A DNA stretch of 64,000 bases from a virus, in IMG/VR virus record IMGVR_UViG_3300035698_019895, positions 1-64,000 of that record; one strand, 5' to 3'. The number at the start of each line of letters is the position of its first letter. Within the stretch, counting starts at the first letter, position 1. The position numbers and the translations under genes are program-made. Positions 48,781-59,183 of this stretch are shown here, in pieces. The notes under the pieces are model-generated. The model did not search any database and was not told the origin of the DNA. It saw nothing but the letters and a program-made list of their open reading frames with translations.

Positions 48781-49463
48781 AGAAATCAGTAATATTAATA
48801 GGGGCAGGAAAAAGTGTTAGAGAAGGAATTGAAAAAGGTCTCTGGGAAAAGATTAAAGAGAAAACTATTTGGTCTTGTAACTATGCTTTTATGACTATGC
48901 CTTATCTACCAAAAAGAGAACTCTTTGTAGATAGAGAATTTTATCTAAAAAATACAAATGCTTTGCAAGCTATATCTGATGAAGGAGTAGAAATGATTGC
49001 TCGTTATCAGTCACATTATGAAGCAGTAGGTTCAATTACAGGATATCAAACAACAAGATTACCAACTGGTTATAAAGGTAAACAAGCATTAAAAACAGAT
49101 GGAACTCCTCATATTTATATAGGAGAAATGAATTTAGTAGGAACTTTTGCACTTTCATTAGCAATAGCAGAAGACTATGAAACTATTTATTTACTCGGTT
49201 ATGATTTTGGACCAACAAGTTATGAAGATAAAGATACTCATTATTATCAAGGAAAATTAGATGTATGGTCTGTAGGTGTAGGAAACCCATCAGTTTATTT
49301 AAAAACTGATGGAAAAGTTGCAGATAATGTTAGAGATTTTAAAGTTTTTACACAAGAGAAAGATATTCAGATTTTTAATGTATCTTTGAATAGTAATATT
49401 CCATATTTTACAAAACTCTCATATGAAACGTTCTTTAAAAAGATAGGAGATAATAATGTTTAA
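48777..49463 (+). CDS. DUF115/Maf-like (glycosyltransferase-like) protein
   Basis: IGAGKS, CN, AL.LA....Y.TIYLLGYD..., H.Y, NVS..S. Confidence 0.6.
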   Translation: MKKSVILIGAGKSVREGIEKGLWEKIKEKTIWSCNYAFMTMPYLPKRELFVDREFYLKNTNALQAISDEGVEMIARYQSHYEAVGSITGYQTTRLPTGYKGKQALKTDGTPHIYIGEMNLVGTFALSLAIAEDYETIYLLGYDFGPTSYEDKDTHYYQGKLDVWSVGVGNPSVYLKTDGKVADNVRDFKVFTQEKDIQIFNVSLNSNIPYFTKLSYETFFKKIGDNNV

Positions 49464-49757
49464 ATGTAATAAGTGTGGGAAAACTACACAACCAAGAGAA
49501 GGAATGAATAAGATAATGTTAAATCGTAGAGAAAAACAATATTATACTGCAACTTTTAGACATAAAAAAAATAATAATAAAATGATAAAATACGTTAAAC
49601 CTTATGATGAAGAGTTGGAAAAATTAAAAAGAGATAATTGGGAACTTATTTCTGAAAAACAGACTAAAGGATGGGAAATAGTTTCCGAATTAAATTTGTG
49701 TGAAGAATGTAATAGACAGAATATAGAGAAAATTAAAACGGAGGAAACAATTAAAAC

Positions 49758-50447
49758 ATGAAGAAAAAAATTCTAGCTTTAGTAATGATTTTGTTCTTAA
49801 TGGCAAGCCCAATAGTATTGGGTGATGCAGGAGTCGCAGGAGTTATTGGTTCAGGTTCGGCAAGTGATTCGACTTCCACTGCAACAGGCGGTGCTGGTGG
49901 CGCAGGTGGTAATGCAGTAGCTGGTGGTGGAACTGGCGTAGGGACAGGAGTAGGAACAGGCATTGGTGGAGACTCAAGTGCTATGTCAGGTTCTAACGCA
50001 CAGCAATTAGGTATAGTAGAACAAGGTAGCGAGCAAGCTACTGCTGTAGATGCAAGTAAAAAGAATAATGTATTTGCACCAGTATTTGTTGCACCGTCGC
50101 TTAACCCAACAAAGGGAATGGCAGAGGCACAACTCAATACCTTTTTTGGAGGATTAGGTTTTTCACAGACAGAAGAGTATTCAACTTGTTCAGAAAGCAT
50201 AAAGCTAACGCTTGAAGCTTTAAGAGCAGGTATTATTAATATAGATGAAGCAAAAGTAGAATATCTAGCAGCAAAAGCACAATATAAAGATGCAACAGCA
50301 CCTAAGAGACTTTGTAGCATAGGTCCAAAAACAAGAGGGAGACATCTTCTTAATGGTTTTGGTTTACTAGCTAACGATGGTTGTAAAGAGTTCAATACTG
50401 ATAATTTGTTCGGGTTGAAAAATTTATTTTCAAAGAAAAACAAGTAA
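49758..50447 (+). CDS. secreted glycine-rich protein
   Basis: Signal peptide; GGAGGAGG and GVGTGVGT repeats. Confidence 0.7.
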   Translation: MKKKILALVMILFLMASPIVLGDAGVAGVIGSGSASDSTSTATGGAGGAGGNAVAGGGTGVGTGVGTGIGGDSSAMSGSNAQQLGIVEQGSEQATAVDASKKNNVFAPVFVAPSLNPTKGMAEAQLNTFFGGLGFSQTEEYSTCSESIKLTLEALRAGIINIDEAKVEYLAAKAQYKDATAPKRLCSIGPKTRGRHLLNGFGLLANDGCKEFNTDNLFGLKNLFSKKNK

Positions 50448-50485
50448 ATTAAATATTCTGTCTATTACATTTAATTTAAAATATT

Positions 50486-50860
50486 ATGAAAGTAATTATA
50501 GCAGGAAGTAGAAATATAAATAATATTGCATTAGTAGAAGCTGCTTGCTTCAAAGCTATGCAACGTTGGAGAAAGCATGGAGTTGGATTTTACATTACTG
50601 AAGTAGTTTGTGGTGAAGCTAGAGGAGTTGATAGCTTAGGTAAAGAACTAGCTAAAAAAGCAGGAATTCCTATAAAATCATTTCCAGCTGATTGGGATAA
50701 ATATGGGAAACAAGCAGGATATATTAGAAATGCAGCTATGACTAAATATGCAGAAGCATTAATAGCAATTTGGGATGGGCAAAGTCGAGGCACTAAAATG
50801 ATGATAGATTTAGCTAAAAGAGCTAAATTAAAAGTATTTGTTTATCAAGTAGAAGGATAA
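50486..50860 (+). CDS. SLOG/YspA (DUF2493-like) protein
   Basis: IIAGSR, GEARGVD, ADWDKYGK.AG.IRN, WDG.SRGTK.MI. Confidence 0.88.
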   Translation: MKVIIAGSRNINNIALVEAACFKAMQRWRKHGVGFYITEVVCGEARGVDSLGKELAKKAGIPIKSFPADWDKYGKQAGYIRNAAMTKYAEALIAIWDGQSRGTKMMIDLAKRAKLKVFVYQVEG

Positions 50861-50863
50861 AAA

Positions 50864-51370
50864 ATGACTATAATAATTCAAGCTAAAAAAATAATAGAAT
50901 CTTTATCTCAAATGAAAGAACAGCCTGCTTCAGTTTCAGGAAAATATCATTTCGGAGAAACTTTATTAGAACATACTGAACGTTGTGTTAGTATAATGTA
51001 TAATATTTGTGATAGTTTGAATATTCAAGAAAGCGATAGAGAAATGTTAGTTGCTTCAGCTTATTTACATGATATAGGTAAAGTACTGATTACTAGAAAA
51101 GGTCATGAAGATTTATCTTGTTGGAAATATTTTTCTAAAACAGGTTATAGTAGAATAGATGCTTTTATGCATTTACATCCTATATTATCTGCTGTTATGT
51201 TAGATGATTTTGAACTAGATAGAAAAGAAGAAATAAAAAGATTAGTTTCTGTTCATATGGGACATTGGTATAAAGAATGTCCACAACCTGAAACTTTATA
51301 TGAAAAGCTAATTGTATTAGCTGATTATTTAGCTTATCAGAAAGAATTATTTAATTATAAAGAGAAATAA
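50864..51370 (+). CDS. HD-domain phosphohydrolase
   Basis: S.KYH...L.EH, LHDIGK, HP, HMG.W, LADY. Confidence 0.82.
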   Translation: MTIIIQAKKIIESLSQMKEQPASVSGKYHFGETLLEHTERCVSIMYNICDSLNIQESDREMLVASAYLHDIGKVLITRKGHEDLSCWKYFSKTGYSRIDAFMHLHPILSAVMLDDFELDRKEEIKRLVSVHMGHWYKECPQPETLYEKLIVLADYLAYQKELFNYKEK

Positions 51371-51688
51371 AAATGATAGAATATATATTATTAGGTGCAT
51401 TCTTATTCGGTGTATTTGTAGGTTATATTATACGAAGTATGGAGTAAATATGAATAAAGATAAAACAAAAAGACTGTCTAAACATAGACATGAATTGAAA
51501 GAAAAAAAGAAAAAACATAGTAATAGACATAAACATACTTGGATAAAATATCAGGATTTCAATACAGTTACAATGATGAAATGTAAAGATTGCAATAAAC
51601 TAGTTTTTCCAAATAAAAAAATAAATAAATGTGTAGTAAAAGGATGTTTTGGGAAGGCTAAATACAGACCACCGTTAGATACAAAAGC

Positions 51689-52402
51689 TTGGAAAGAAAT
51701 ATGCAAAAAATTAAAGTAGGATTACTAGGACTAGGTAGAACAGGACGAATAGTAGCTGAATCTCTATTCAAAGATGGAAGATTTGATTTAGTATTTGCTG
51801 TTAAAAAAACTCCTCCTAAAATTCAAGATTATGATTTTAGTGTAGAACCTAGAGAGATGCTTCCAAAATTAATTAGAGAATTTCAACCAAATATTATAGT
51901 AGATTTTACAACTCCAGAAGCTACTTTAGAAAATATAAAAAATCTAAGTGAAAATATAGGTATGGTTGTAGCTACTACAGGATTTACAGATAATCAGATT
52001 GATGAGTTAAAAATGCAATCTCTCAAGATACTTTATGCTCCAAATATTTCAGACGGTATAAACATCTTAATGAGTGCTTGTAAAACTATTGATAGATTAT
52101 GGCCAGATGCAGATGTTGAAATAATAGAACAACATTTTAAAGGTAAAAAAGATGCACCTTCTGGAACTGCAAAAAAGATAGCAAATGTATTTGAAAAAGA
52201 TGTTTGTATACATGCAGTTAGAGCTGGAGGAATAGTTGGAATGCATAAAGTAATATTTGCTAGACCTAATCAAAAAATTATAATAGAACATGAAAGTTTT
52301 TCTAAAGAAGTATTTGCAGAGGGAGCAAAAAGAGCTGTATTGTGGTTACATAAACAAGAACCCGGATTTTATGAAATGAATGATATTTTTAATGGAAGAT
52401 AA
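51689..52402 (+). CDS. dapB: 4-hydroxy-tetrahydrodipicolinate reductase
   Basis: GLGRTG, VDFT, VATTG, APN.S.G, EIIEQH...KKDAPSGTA, R.GGIVG.H. Confidence 0.92.
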   Translation: MERNMQKIKVGLLGLGRTGRIVAESLFKDGRFDLVFAVKKTPPKIQDYDFSVEPREMLPKLIREFQPNIIVDFTTPEATLENIKNLSENIGMVVATTGFTDNQIDELKMQSLKILYAPNISDGINILMSACKTIDRLWPDADVEIIEQHFKGKKDAPSGTAKKIANVFEKDVCIHAVRAGGIVGMHKVIFARPNQKIIIEHESFSKEVFAEGAKRAVLWLHKQEPGFYEMNDIFNGR

Positions 52403-52436
52403 AAAAGAAAAGTGATTAACCCCTTGAAAGGAAGAT

Positions 52437-52805
52437 ATGAAGCTACAAGACCAAGTCGTAAGTTTAGAGTTATCTAAGCAGTTAAAAGAGGCAGGATATA
52501 GGCAAGAAGGCTTATGGTGGTGGCAACTGACAGGTTTTCCAATAGAAGAATATTACAATGGAAAATTAACTAATAATCCTAATAATGAAACGTTAAGAGC
52601 CATTATCGCTCCCACAGTTGCAGAGTTAGGGGAAGCGTTGCCTGATACATTTGTATCAGGACAATTAGATATAAAAAGTAATAAACCACATACCTTTGCT
52701 TGTTATGGGTGGTCACAAATTCCACAACAAGAGGCCGACACCGAAGCCAATGCCAGAGCAAAAATGTGGTTATATTTAAAAAAAGAAAGGAAGAAAAGTG
52801 GCTAA
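52437..52805 (+). CDS. repeated phage protein family, copy 3
   Basis: Same three conserved blocks as 8031 and 31678. Confidence 0.75.
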   Translation: MKLQDQVVSLELSKQLKEAGYRQEGLWWWQLTGFPIEEYYNGKLTNNPNNETLRAIIAPTVAELGEALPDTFVSGQLDIKSNKPHTFACYGWSQIPQQEADTEANARAKMWLYLKKERKKSG

Positions 52806-53451
52806 AGAAAAAATAATTCTTTCAGCAATTGTAGGGTCTCATGCATATGGATTAGCTAATGAAGATAGTGATATAGATACTTTAGGAATCTATGTAGCTC
52901 CAACTCAAGAAGTACTAGGAATACGCAATATAAAAGAAACTATACACAAAACTAATCCAGATGTTACATATCATGAAGTAAAGAAATTTATTAGTTTAGC
53001 TTTGAAATGTAATCCTACTATTTTAGAATTATTGTTTGTAGATAAGTATCTCAAACAAACTCCAGAAGGATTACTATTAGTACATAATAGAAAAGCATTT
53101 TTAAGCAGAATTATATATAACTCTTATGGTGGATATGCTATATCTCAAGCTCGCAAATTAAATGCGAAAGGAACTTTTCCATCAAAAGTAAAGAATAGAT
53201 ATGCAAAACATGCCAGACATGTTTATAGATTATTAGACCAAGGTCGACAACTTCTTGAAACAGGTAATTTGAATGTTAAAGTTAAGAACAGAGATGAACT
53301 GATGAGAATAGGAGAACTACCTGTATATGAATTAATTACAAAATTTGAAAAGGATTTTAAAAAGTTTGACCAAACTGTGACTACATTACCAGATAAACCT
53401 GATTATGAAACTATCAATAAAATACTTCTGGAAATTAGGAGTTACAATTAA
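52798..53451 (+). CDS. Pol-beta-like nucleotidyltransferase (YcgL/NrdC.11-like)
   Basis: GSHAYGL....SDID..G.Y, NP.ILE.L, K...H..RL. Confidence 0.85.
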   Translation: MAKEKIILSAIVGSHAYGLANEDSDIDTLGIYVAPTQEVLGIRNIKETIHKTNPDVTYHEVKKFISLALKCNPTILELLFVDKYLKQTPEGLLLVHNRKAFLSRIIYNSYGGYAISQARKLNAKGTFPSKVKNRYAKHARHVYRLLDQGRQLLETGNLNVKVKNRDELMRIGELPVYELITKFEKDFKKFDQTVTTLPDKPDYETINKILLEIRSYN

Positions 53452-53922
53452 ATGATATTGTCTAAAATTTGTAGAGCATGTAAAAAAGAAAAATCATTAA
53501 GTGATTTTTATACTAATAACAGATGGAAAGATAAATTAGAACGTAGATGTAAAAAATGTTTATCCTCTCAAGCAAAAAAAAGATATTGGAAAAACCCAGA
53601 AAAATATTTACTCAAAAACAAAAATAGTAAATACGGCAAAAAAGGCAGTGTTTTTGCTAAAGCAAGAAGACTAAAGAAAGCTTACAATCTTCCAATTAAA
53701 ATATGGAATACTATGTTTAAACATCAAAAAGGTAAATGTGCTATTTGTGATGCTTCTGCATTAGTAGTAGACCATAATCATAATACTAAAGAAATTAGAG
53801 CTTTGTTATGTCATAAATGTAATCGTGGTTTAGGTCATTTTAATGATAATCCAGAATTATTAAGAAAAGCAGCAAGATATTTAGAAGACCCAGTTGCAGT
53901 AATATCTGAAAAACGGCCTTGA
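53452..53922 (+). CDS. endonuclease VII-family (His-Me) endonuclease, probably homing
   Basis: C..C K.EK..F, CAIC, VDH.H....IR.LLC..CN.GLG.F.DN. Confidence 0.88.
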   Translation: MILSKICRACKKEKSLSDFYTNNRWKDKLERRCKKCLSSQAKKRYWKNPEKYLLKNKNSKYGKKGSVFAKARRLKKAYNLPIKIWNTMFKHQKGKCAICDASALVVDHNHNTKEIRALLCHKCNRGLGHFNDNPELLRKAARYLEDPVAVISEKRP

Positions 53923-53947
53923 CAGATAAGCCAAATTATGATATAAT
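53919..53947 (+). promoter_or_regulatory. consensus sigma-70 promoter upstream of the CCA enzyme/tRNA region
   Basis: TTGACA-17 nt-TATAAT with extended TG. Confidence 0.8.
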
Positions 53948-54353
53948 AAACAAGATATTACTCGAAATAAGGAGCTATAATTAATGACAGAAAGAATTAG
54001 AAAAGAAAGAGTAACTTTATTAAAACTTAAAAAGGGAGCATCTGACCATCAAATAGAACAAATGAAAAAGTTTTTGGTCAAACATGATTTATTTAAAAAA
54101 TATATTCCTGAAGAAAATGCTTTTGAAGTAAAAGACCAACAGAAAGCAAAAAAAATTCTAAATGATGCTAAACAAGGATTAGATACATGAGTCAGTTTTG
54201 TAGAATTTGTGCAAAGAAAATACAAAAAGACAGAACAGGGCATGAACAAGTTTGTAACAAATGTATTGATAGTTTATCCCCTTGTCCTCATTGTTTTAGT
54301 ATGACATATACTATTAAAGATAAATGTGGAAAATGCAAAGAAAATAAATTAAA

Positions 54354-55346
54354 ATGTATAATAAAGTAAAAGAAATTATCAATCCAGTATATATTGTAGG
54401 TGGTTCTGTTAGAGACGAAATTATGGGAAAGAAACCCAAAGATTACGATTTCTGCACTCCATTACTACCTGATGAAATTGAAAAAGCTATAAAGAAAGCT
54501 GGTAAGAAAGCTTATAACATCGGTAAAAGATTCGGTACTCTTGGAATGACTTTCGATGGCCAAATGGTTGAAGTTACTACTTTCAGAACTGAACAATATA
54601 CTCCTGGAAGCAGAAAACCTCAAGTTCAATTTGTCAATGATATTACTGCAGATTTAAGCAGAAGAGATTTTAGAATCAACTCAATAGCTAAAAGAGATGG
54701 CAAATATATTGACCCCTTTGGTGGCAGATTAGATATAATGGAACGCAGTATTAAATGTGTTGGAGAACCAAAGGCTAGATTCAAAGAAGACCCCTTAAGA
54801 ATGTTAAGAGCTGCTAGATTTGCTTCTCAATTAGAATTTAGTATAGACCAGTATCTAGAACAAATGGCTAAAAAAATGTGTCATAAAATTCTAGAAGTTA
54901 GTAAAGAGAGATGGATGATGGAGATGGATAAATTACTTGTAACTGAACATCCAGAATTGGGTTTAGACTTTTTAGCTAGAACTAAATTACTGAACTTTAT
55001 GTTTCCAGAATTATCTTTACAAGTAGACTATGACCAGAACAATCCATTTCATAGTTTAAATTTGTGGGAACATACTAAATTAACTGTATATTATACTCCA
55101 AAAGATGTCAACTTACGATGGGCTTCATTATTACATGATATCGGTAAACCTTTTGTTAGAGGAGAAAAAGACAATCCTCCCAGAAGTAATTATATTAAGC
55201 ATGATTTACTCGGAAAAGAACTTGTAGAGAAATATGCACGATATTTAAAATGGTCCAACGAAAGACGAGAGAAAGTCTCTGAATTAGTTTTAAATCATTT
55301 ACTAACAGGAAGTCCTATATACGAAGCTGATAAGAAAGCTCATTAA
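54354..55346 (+). CDS. cca: CCA-adding tRNA nucleotidyltransferase with HD domain
   Basis: VGGSVRD, DYD, EVTTFR.E, DL.RRDF.IN, EDPLR.LRA.RF, LLHDIGKP. Confidence 0.92.
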   Translation: MYNKVKEIINPVYIVGGSVRDEIMGKKPKDYDFCTPLLPDEIEKAIKKAGKKAYNIGKRFGTLGMTFDGQMVEVTTFRTEQYTPGSRKPQVQFVNDITADLSRRDFRINSIAKRDGKYIDPFGGRLDIMERSIKCVGEPKARFKEDPLRMLRAARFASQLEFSIDQYLEQMAKKMCHKILEVSKERWMMEMDKLLVTEHPELGLDFLARTKLLNFMFPELSLQVDYDQNNPFHSLNLWEHTKLTVYYTPKDVNLRWASLLHDIGKPFVRGEKDNPPRSNYIKHDLLGKELVEKYARYLKWSNERREKVSELVLNHLLTGSPIYEADKKAH

Positions 55347-55557
55347 ATGAAAGTAAGGGGGTATAATGGCATTAAAAGTAGGATGTATAATGTGTGGTAA
55401 TGAACTTCAAGAACCCGGAGCAATACTTTTTGCATCACCAACAGAGATAGGGCTGTGTGCTAAATATCATATATGTATTAAATGTCAAAAAAGTGTTATT
55501 ATTTTTATAACTGAAAAAATGTTACAAAATAAGAAAACTCATTAAAAGGAGAAATAT

Positions 55558-55869
55558 ATGCCTGGATTAATACTAGAAACAGATTTATCTGAACACTATA
55601 ATTGTACCAAGTGTGGTCAATGTTGTCATTTTTTTGAAATGATAGTTAACCCACAAACACTTAAAATCGATGGTTTGTTAGTTAAAGAAGCATTTAAAAA
55701 AGAATTAAGAGTAGATTTTAAAGATGTAGGACAATGTTCAGTTAAAGTTAATGTTACATGTGAACATTTTGATAATACTAACGGATTGTGTAAGATATAT
55801 GACAGAAGACCAAAAATTTGTAGAAATCATTTTTGTCAACGTTATCCGAAAATAGATGAGGAAAAATGA
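55558..55869 (+). CDS. YkgJ-family CxxCxxCC cysteine-cluster protein
   Basis: CTKCGQCC, C..F.....C.IY..RP..CR. Confidence 0.85.
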   Translation: MPGLILETDLSEHYNCTKCGQCCHFFEMIVNPQTLKIDGLLVKEAFKKELRVDFKDVGQCSVKVNVTCEHFDNTNGLCKIYDRRPKICRNHFCQRYPKIDEEK

Positions 55870-56186
55870 AAATTATAATAGGAAACATAATAAAGAAGCT
55901 TTTACATACAGTAAAAACAAAAATATCAGTTAGTAAAAAAGAAATTAGAATAAATGGTGAGAAAATTGATATAAAAATTGATGATAAAGATGAAATTAAA
56001 ATTATTGTAGAAGGAGGAGTCGCAGATATTGATGCTAATGTTGTTATAGTGAAGGGTAATGTTAATGGTAATATAAAAACAAATAGCATTGAATGTAAAG
56101 ATGTTAATGGTGACATAGATGCGAATTCTGTTATATGTAATAAAATCAAAGGTAATATAGACTCATTGAGTATTATAAATAATTAA
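55866..56186 (+). CDS. beta-helix/bactofilin-like repeat protein
   Basis: V.GNVNG.I and V.GDIDA repeats. Confidence 0.55.
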   Translation: MKIIIGNIIKKLLHTVKTKISVSKKEIRINGEKIDIKIDDKDEIKIIVEGGVADIDANVVIVKGNVNGNIKTNSIECKDVNGDIDANSVICNKIKGNIDSLSIINN

Positions 56187-56211
56187 AAATGAAGAAGATA
56201 AATAATAAATT

Positions 56212-56298
56212 GCGTGGTTGCGATAGCGGCAATTCGACCTGCCTGTAGAGCAGGTGCTCTTCGGAGCTTCGATGGTTCGAGTCCATCACTACGCACCA
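56212..56298 (+). tRNA. tRNA-Tyr(GTA)
   Basis: GCGTGGT/ACTACGC-A-CCA; CCTGC-CTGTAGA-GCAGG; long variable arm; GGTTCGAGTCC. Confidence 0.9.
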
Positions 56299-56302
56299 TT
56301 AT

Positions 56303-56372
56303 TGGGAGGTAGTTTAATTAAAACGCCAATCGTAAGTGGAAATGTAACGTCAAATCGTTTCCCTCCCAGCCA
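56303..56372 (+). ncRNA. degenerate tRNA-like element
   Basis: Perfect acceptor TGGGAGG/CCTCCCA-G-CCA, but truncated anticodon arm and non-canonical T loop. Confidence 0.55.
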
Positions 56373-56449
56373 GCGAGTGTAACAGAATTGGTATATGTAC
56401 TCGGCTTAGACCCGAGGTTTTAGAGGTTCGACTCCTCTCACTCGTACCA
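56373..56449 (+). tRNA. tRNA-Leu(TAG), short variable loop
   Basis: GCGAGTG/CACTCGT-A-CCA; CTCGG-CTTAGAC-CCGAG. Confidence 0.9.
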
Positions 56450-56463
56450 AATGGAGAAAATAA

Positions 56464-56739
56464 ATGAGTAGAGAATATTTGCTGAAAATAGATTTTGAAA
56501 AACACTATAAGAAAAAAGAATTAAGAGACTTTTTTATTAAATGGTGTGGTAAAGACCAGATATTTAAAATAGAGCCTGACTATGTAGTTGTAGAAATGGG
56601 ATGCAGTAGTGGTTTAGATGCTGATGAATATATGCAAGAATTATATACTCAATTACAAGAACAAGGTTTTAAACTAGAAAAAGAAGATATGCTATGTTGG
56701 AGTTTACATCCTGACAGAGCAATAAGTTTGGCGGAGTAG
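56464..56739 (+). CDS. hypothetical protein; its stop codon lies inside the tRNA-Leu(TAA) gene
   Basis: ORF track; GGAG RBS. Confidence 0.6.
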   Translation: MSREYLLKIDFEKHYKKKELRDFFIKWCGKDQIFKIEPDYVVVEMGCSSGLDADEYMQELYTQLQEQGFKLEKEDMLCWSLHPDRAISLAE

Positions 56740-56806
56740 TCCAACTGGCAGAGGCAACGGTCTTAAAAGCCGTAAAGTGAGGGTTCGAATCCCTCTTCCG
56801 CTACCA
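56730..56806 (+). tRNA. tRNA-Leu(TAA), short variable loop
   Basis: GGCGGAG/TTCCGCT-A-CCA; ACGGT-CTTAAAA-GCCGT; GAGGG-TTCGAAT-CCCTC. Confidence 0.9.
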
Positions 56807-56969
56807 TTATTAAGTCTGAGAAAGAGATAAAAAAATGTTATTAATTTTGGGAATAATATTAGTTATTTTAAGTTATTTTATGGCTTATTGGTCTGCATTA
56901 AAATATATTATCGGAGCTATAGGAACTGGTTTGATAATTGGATATTTGTTAAATTTTTTATAATAATAT

Positions 56970-57045
56970 GTGCGAGTGATGCAACGGCAGACATGCTTGT
57001 TTCAAAAACAAGCTTTTATAGGTTCGAGTCCTATCTCGCATACCA
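56970..57045 (+). tRNA. tRNA-Leu(CAA), short variable loop
   Basis: GTGCGAG/CTCGCAT-A-CCA; CTTGT-TTCAAAA-ACAAG. Confidence 0.88.
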
Positions 57046-58330
57046 ATAATGTAAAAAGATTTTGAATAGTAATTTTTTAACAGGGAAGGTAAAAGATGAA
57101 AACAATAAACAGTGAAACCCTTGTCGGTGGACGTTATACAACTCATGATTGTGAAGTAAATATTTTTGAAATTCTGAAAGATGTTGATGCAAGAATATCA
57201 AAATATGGACTCGAAATTGTTCTAAAAGATTATAGTGGCATTGACTATGATAAAGATATATATGGTCATCCTTCTTTCGATTTTTGGATAGAGAAAAGTG
57301 ATAAAAAATTATGAATAAAACAGTTGTTAATTTTATAAGAACACAAATAAAAGAAGGATTGGCACAATTAGAAGATGAGAATAGATTACTTTTTAATCGC
57401 ATGTATTCTCATGACAATTTAGAAAGACCAGTAAATGAAGTTGTAGATGATATGCCAGAAGAAAAACTTAATTGGGCTTTAACTCAAGTAGAGAATAGTT
57501 TGAAGAAAAAGGAGAAATAATGATTGAAGGAAATTGTTATTATTGTGACAAACCTGTAAATAATCTTGCAGGTAATCCAAATGAATGGGGAATACCATTA
57601 TGTCATGAAGATGAACCTGGAAAAGTAAAAACTCATCATATTGGATGTGTTAGCGAAAGGTTAAGAGAGAATAAGAAAATGAAAAAAGCTCTTGCTTGGG
57701 CTGATGAAGAATTATCTCGTTTAAAGACAGGTAAAGAAAGTCAATTAGTAGAAGAAATAACCAAACTTCAAGAAGAAAAGAAAAAGTTTGACAAAATATA
57801 TGAAGAAGAAATGAAAACTGTGGGAGGAATTCTTAATGATAATGAAGAACTTCAAAAGAAAAATGAAGCATTAACGACAGAATTACATAGAGATTGTAAA
57901 CTTACTTGTTGGGAAATGCAACAACTTCGTAAAACTATAGAACCTTTTAATAATAGTATGAAACAAAATGAAGAATTGAAAGATTGTTTAAAAGAAGCAG
58001 TTGACTTAATGGAAGATATTATTAAAGGAAAATATGAACCAGACAGTTTCACTACTCAACCATGGAAAAAGATTTTAATGATAGAAGAAGAATCTAAATG
58101 AAAGAAGCTATTTTAAAAGTATTACAAGAATTTAATGAAGGAAAATGGGGATATTATATTAAACCAATTGATAATAATACAAATATGATAATGTATATCT
58201 ATGATGAAAATGGGATAAAAGAAACCAATACAAAAGAATGGATGAAAAAACAAGGATTGAATCCAGAAAAAATAGATTTTGGTAAAGTGATTGAAGAATA
58301 TAAACGAGTAGGGATAATAACGGAAATATA

Positions 58331-58822
58331 ATGAAAATAGGTTTAGACTTTCACGGAGTAATTGATAAATATCCTAATTTATTTAGAATAATAACTAGTG
58401 GATTCAATATCACTGATGGACGTTGGATAAAGAATGTTGAAGTTCATATAATTACTGGATGTAGAAAAAAAGATGTAGAACAATTCTTACAAGACCATGA
58501 TATTTATTATACTCATGTTTATTCTTTAACTGATGAATTTCTAAAACACAAAGTACCTTATAAAATAGATGAAAATGGAAATCCCTCTTTTAAAGAAGCA
58601 TTATGGAATACAGCTAAAAGTTTATATTGTGCTAGTCATGATATAGATATAATGATAGATGATTCAGAGATTTACGGTCAATATTTTGTTACTCCTTATA
58701 TATTATTTAAAGAAATAAAATCTGACTTTATTCCAAAAGAAATACAAGAAGGATTAGAAGATGCTAAAAAAGGTAAAGTAATAAGAGTAAAAAATATAAA
58801 GAAATTTTTGAGAGATTTATAA
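58331..58822 (+). CDS. HAD-like (5'-nucleotidase-type) protein
   Basis: IGLDFHGVI, IITG, K...C....ID..IDDS. Confidence 0.72.
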   Translation: MKIGLDFHGVIDKYPNLFRIITSGFNITDGRWIKNVEVHIITGCRKKDVEQFLQDHDIYYTHVYSLTDEFLKHKVPYKIDENGNPSFKEALWNTAKSLYCASHDIDIMIDDSEIYGQYFVTPYILFKEIKSDFIPKEIQEGLEDAKKGKVIRVKNIKKFLRDL

Positions 58823-59183
58823 AATGAAGAAAAGAAAAAGATTAAGAACATATGAAGTATGGTATGAACCTGACCCTATGCAGGATAGTATAGAAGTAAA
58901 AGCATTTTCTACAAGAGGTGCTAAGAAAATTGCTATGGAACAAGAAGACCTTGATGAATATCAGATAGAAAGTGTAAATTTAAAAAGGACTAGGAGAAGA
59001 TAATGGCAAGACCAATAGAACCAACTCCTATATTATATGGTGAAGATGCAAAGAGATTATTAAGAGATGTTGCAGAAGTAAATAAAAAATTAGAAGACCC
59101 TATATATAGAAAAAAAGCAAAAGCTCATTTAGACTATTGTGAACAGCTTTATTTAAAGTTTTTTAGGAAACTAAAAACTTCCA

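Noticed and set aside
49751-50443. 230-aa minus-strand Pro-rich ORF
   Set aside because: Antisense shadow of the Gly-rich secreted protein, which has an RBS and a signal peptide.
8031-52805. Diversity-generating retroelement behind the repeated paralogs
   Set aside because: No reverse transcriptase in the window, and the differences are block replacements rather than adenine-specific substitutions.
56970-57045. UGA-suppressor (TCA) tRNA or alternative genetic code
   Set aside because: Correct loop register gives CAA, and conserved genes are intact with TAA, TAG and TGA all used as stops.
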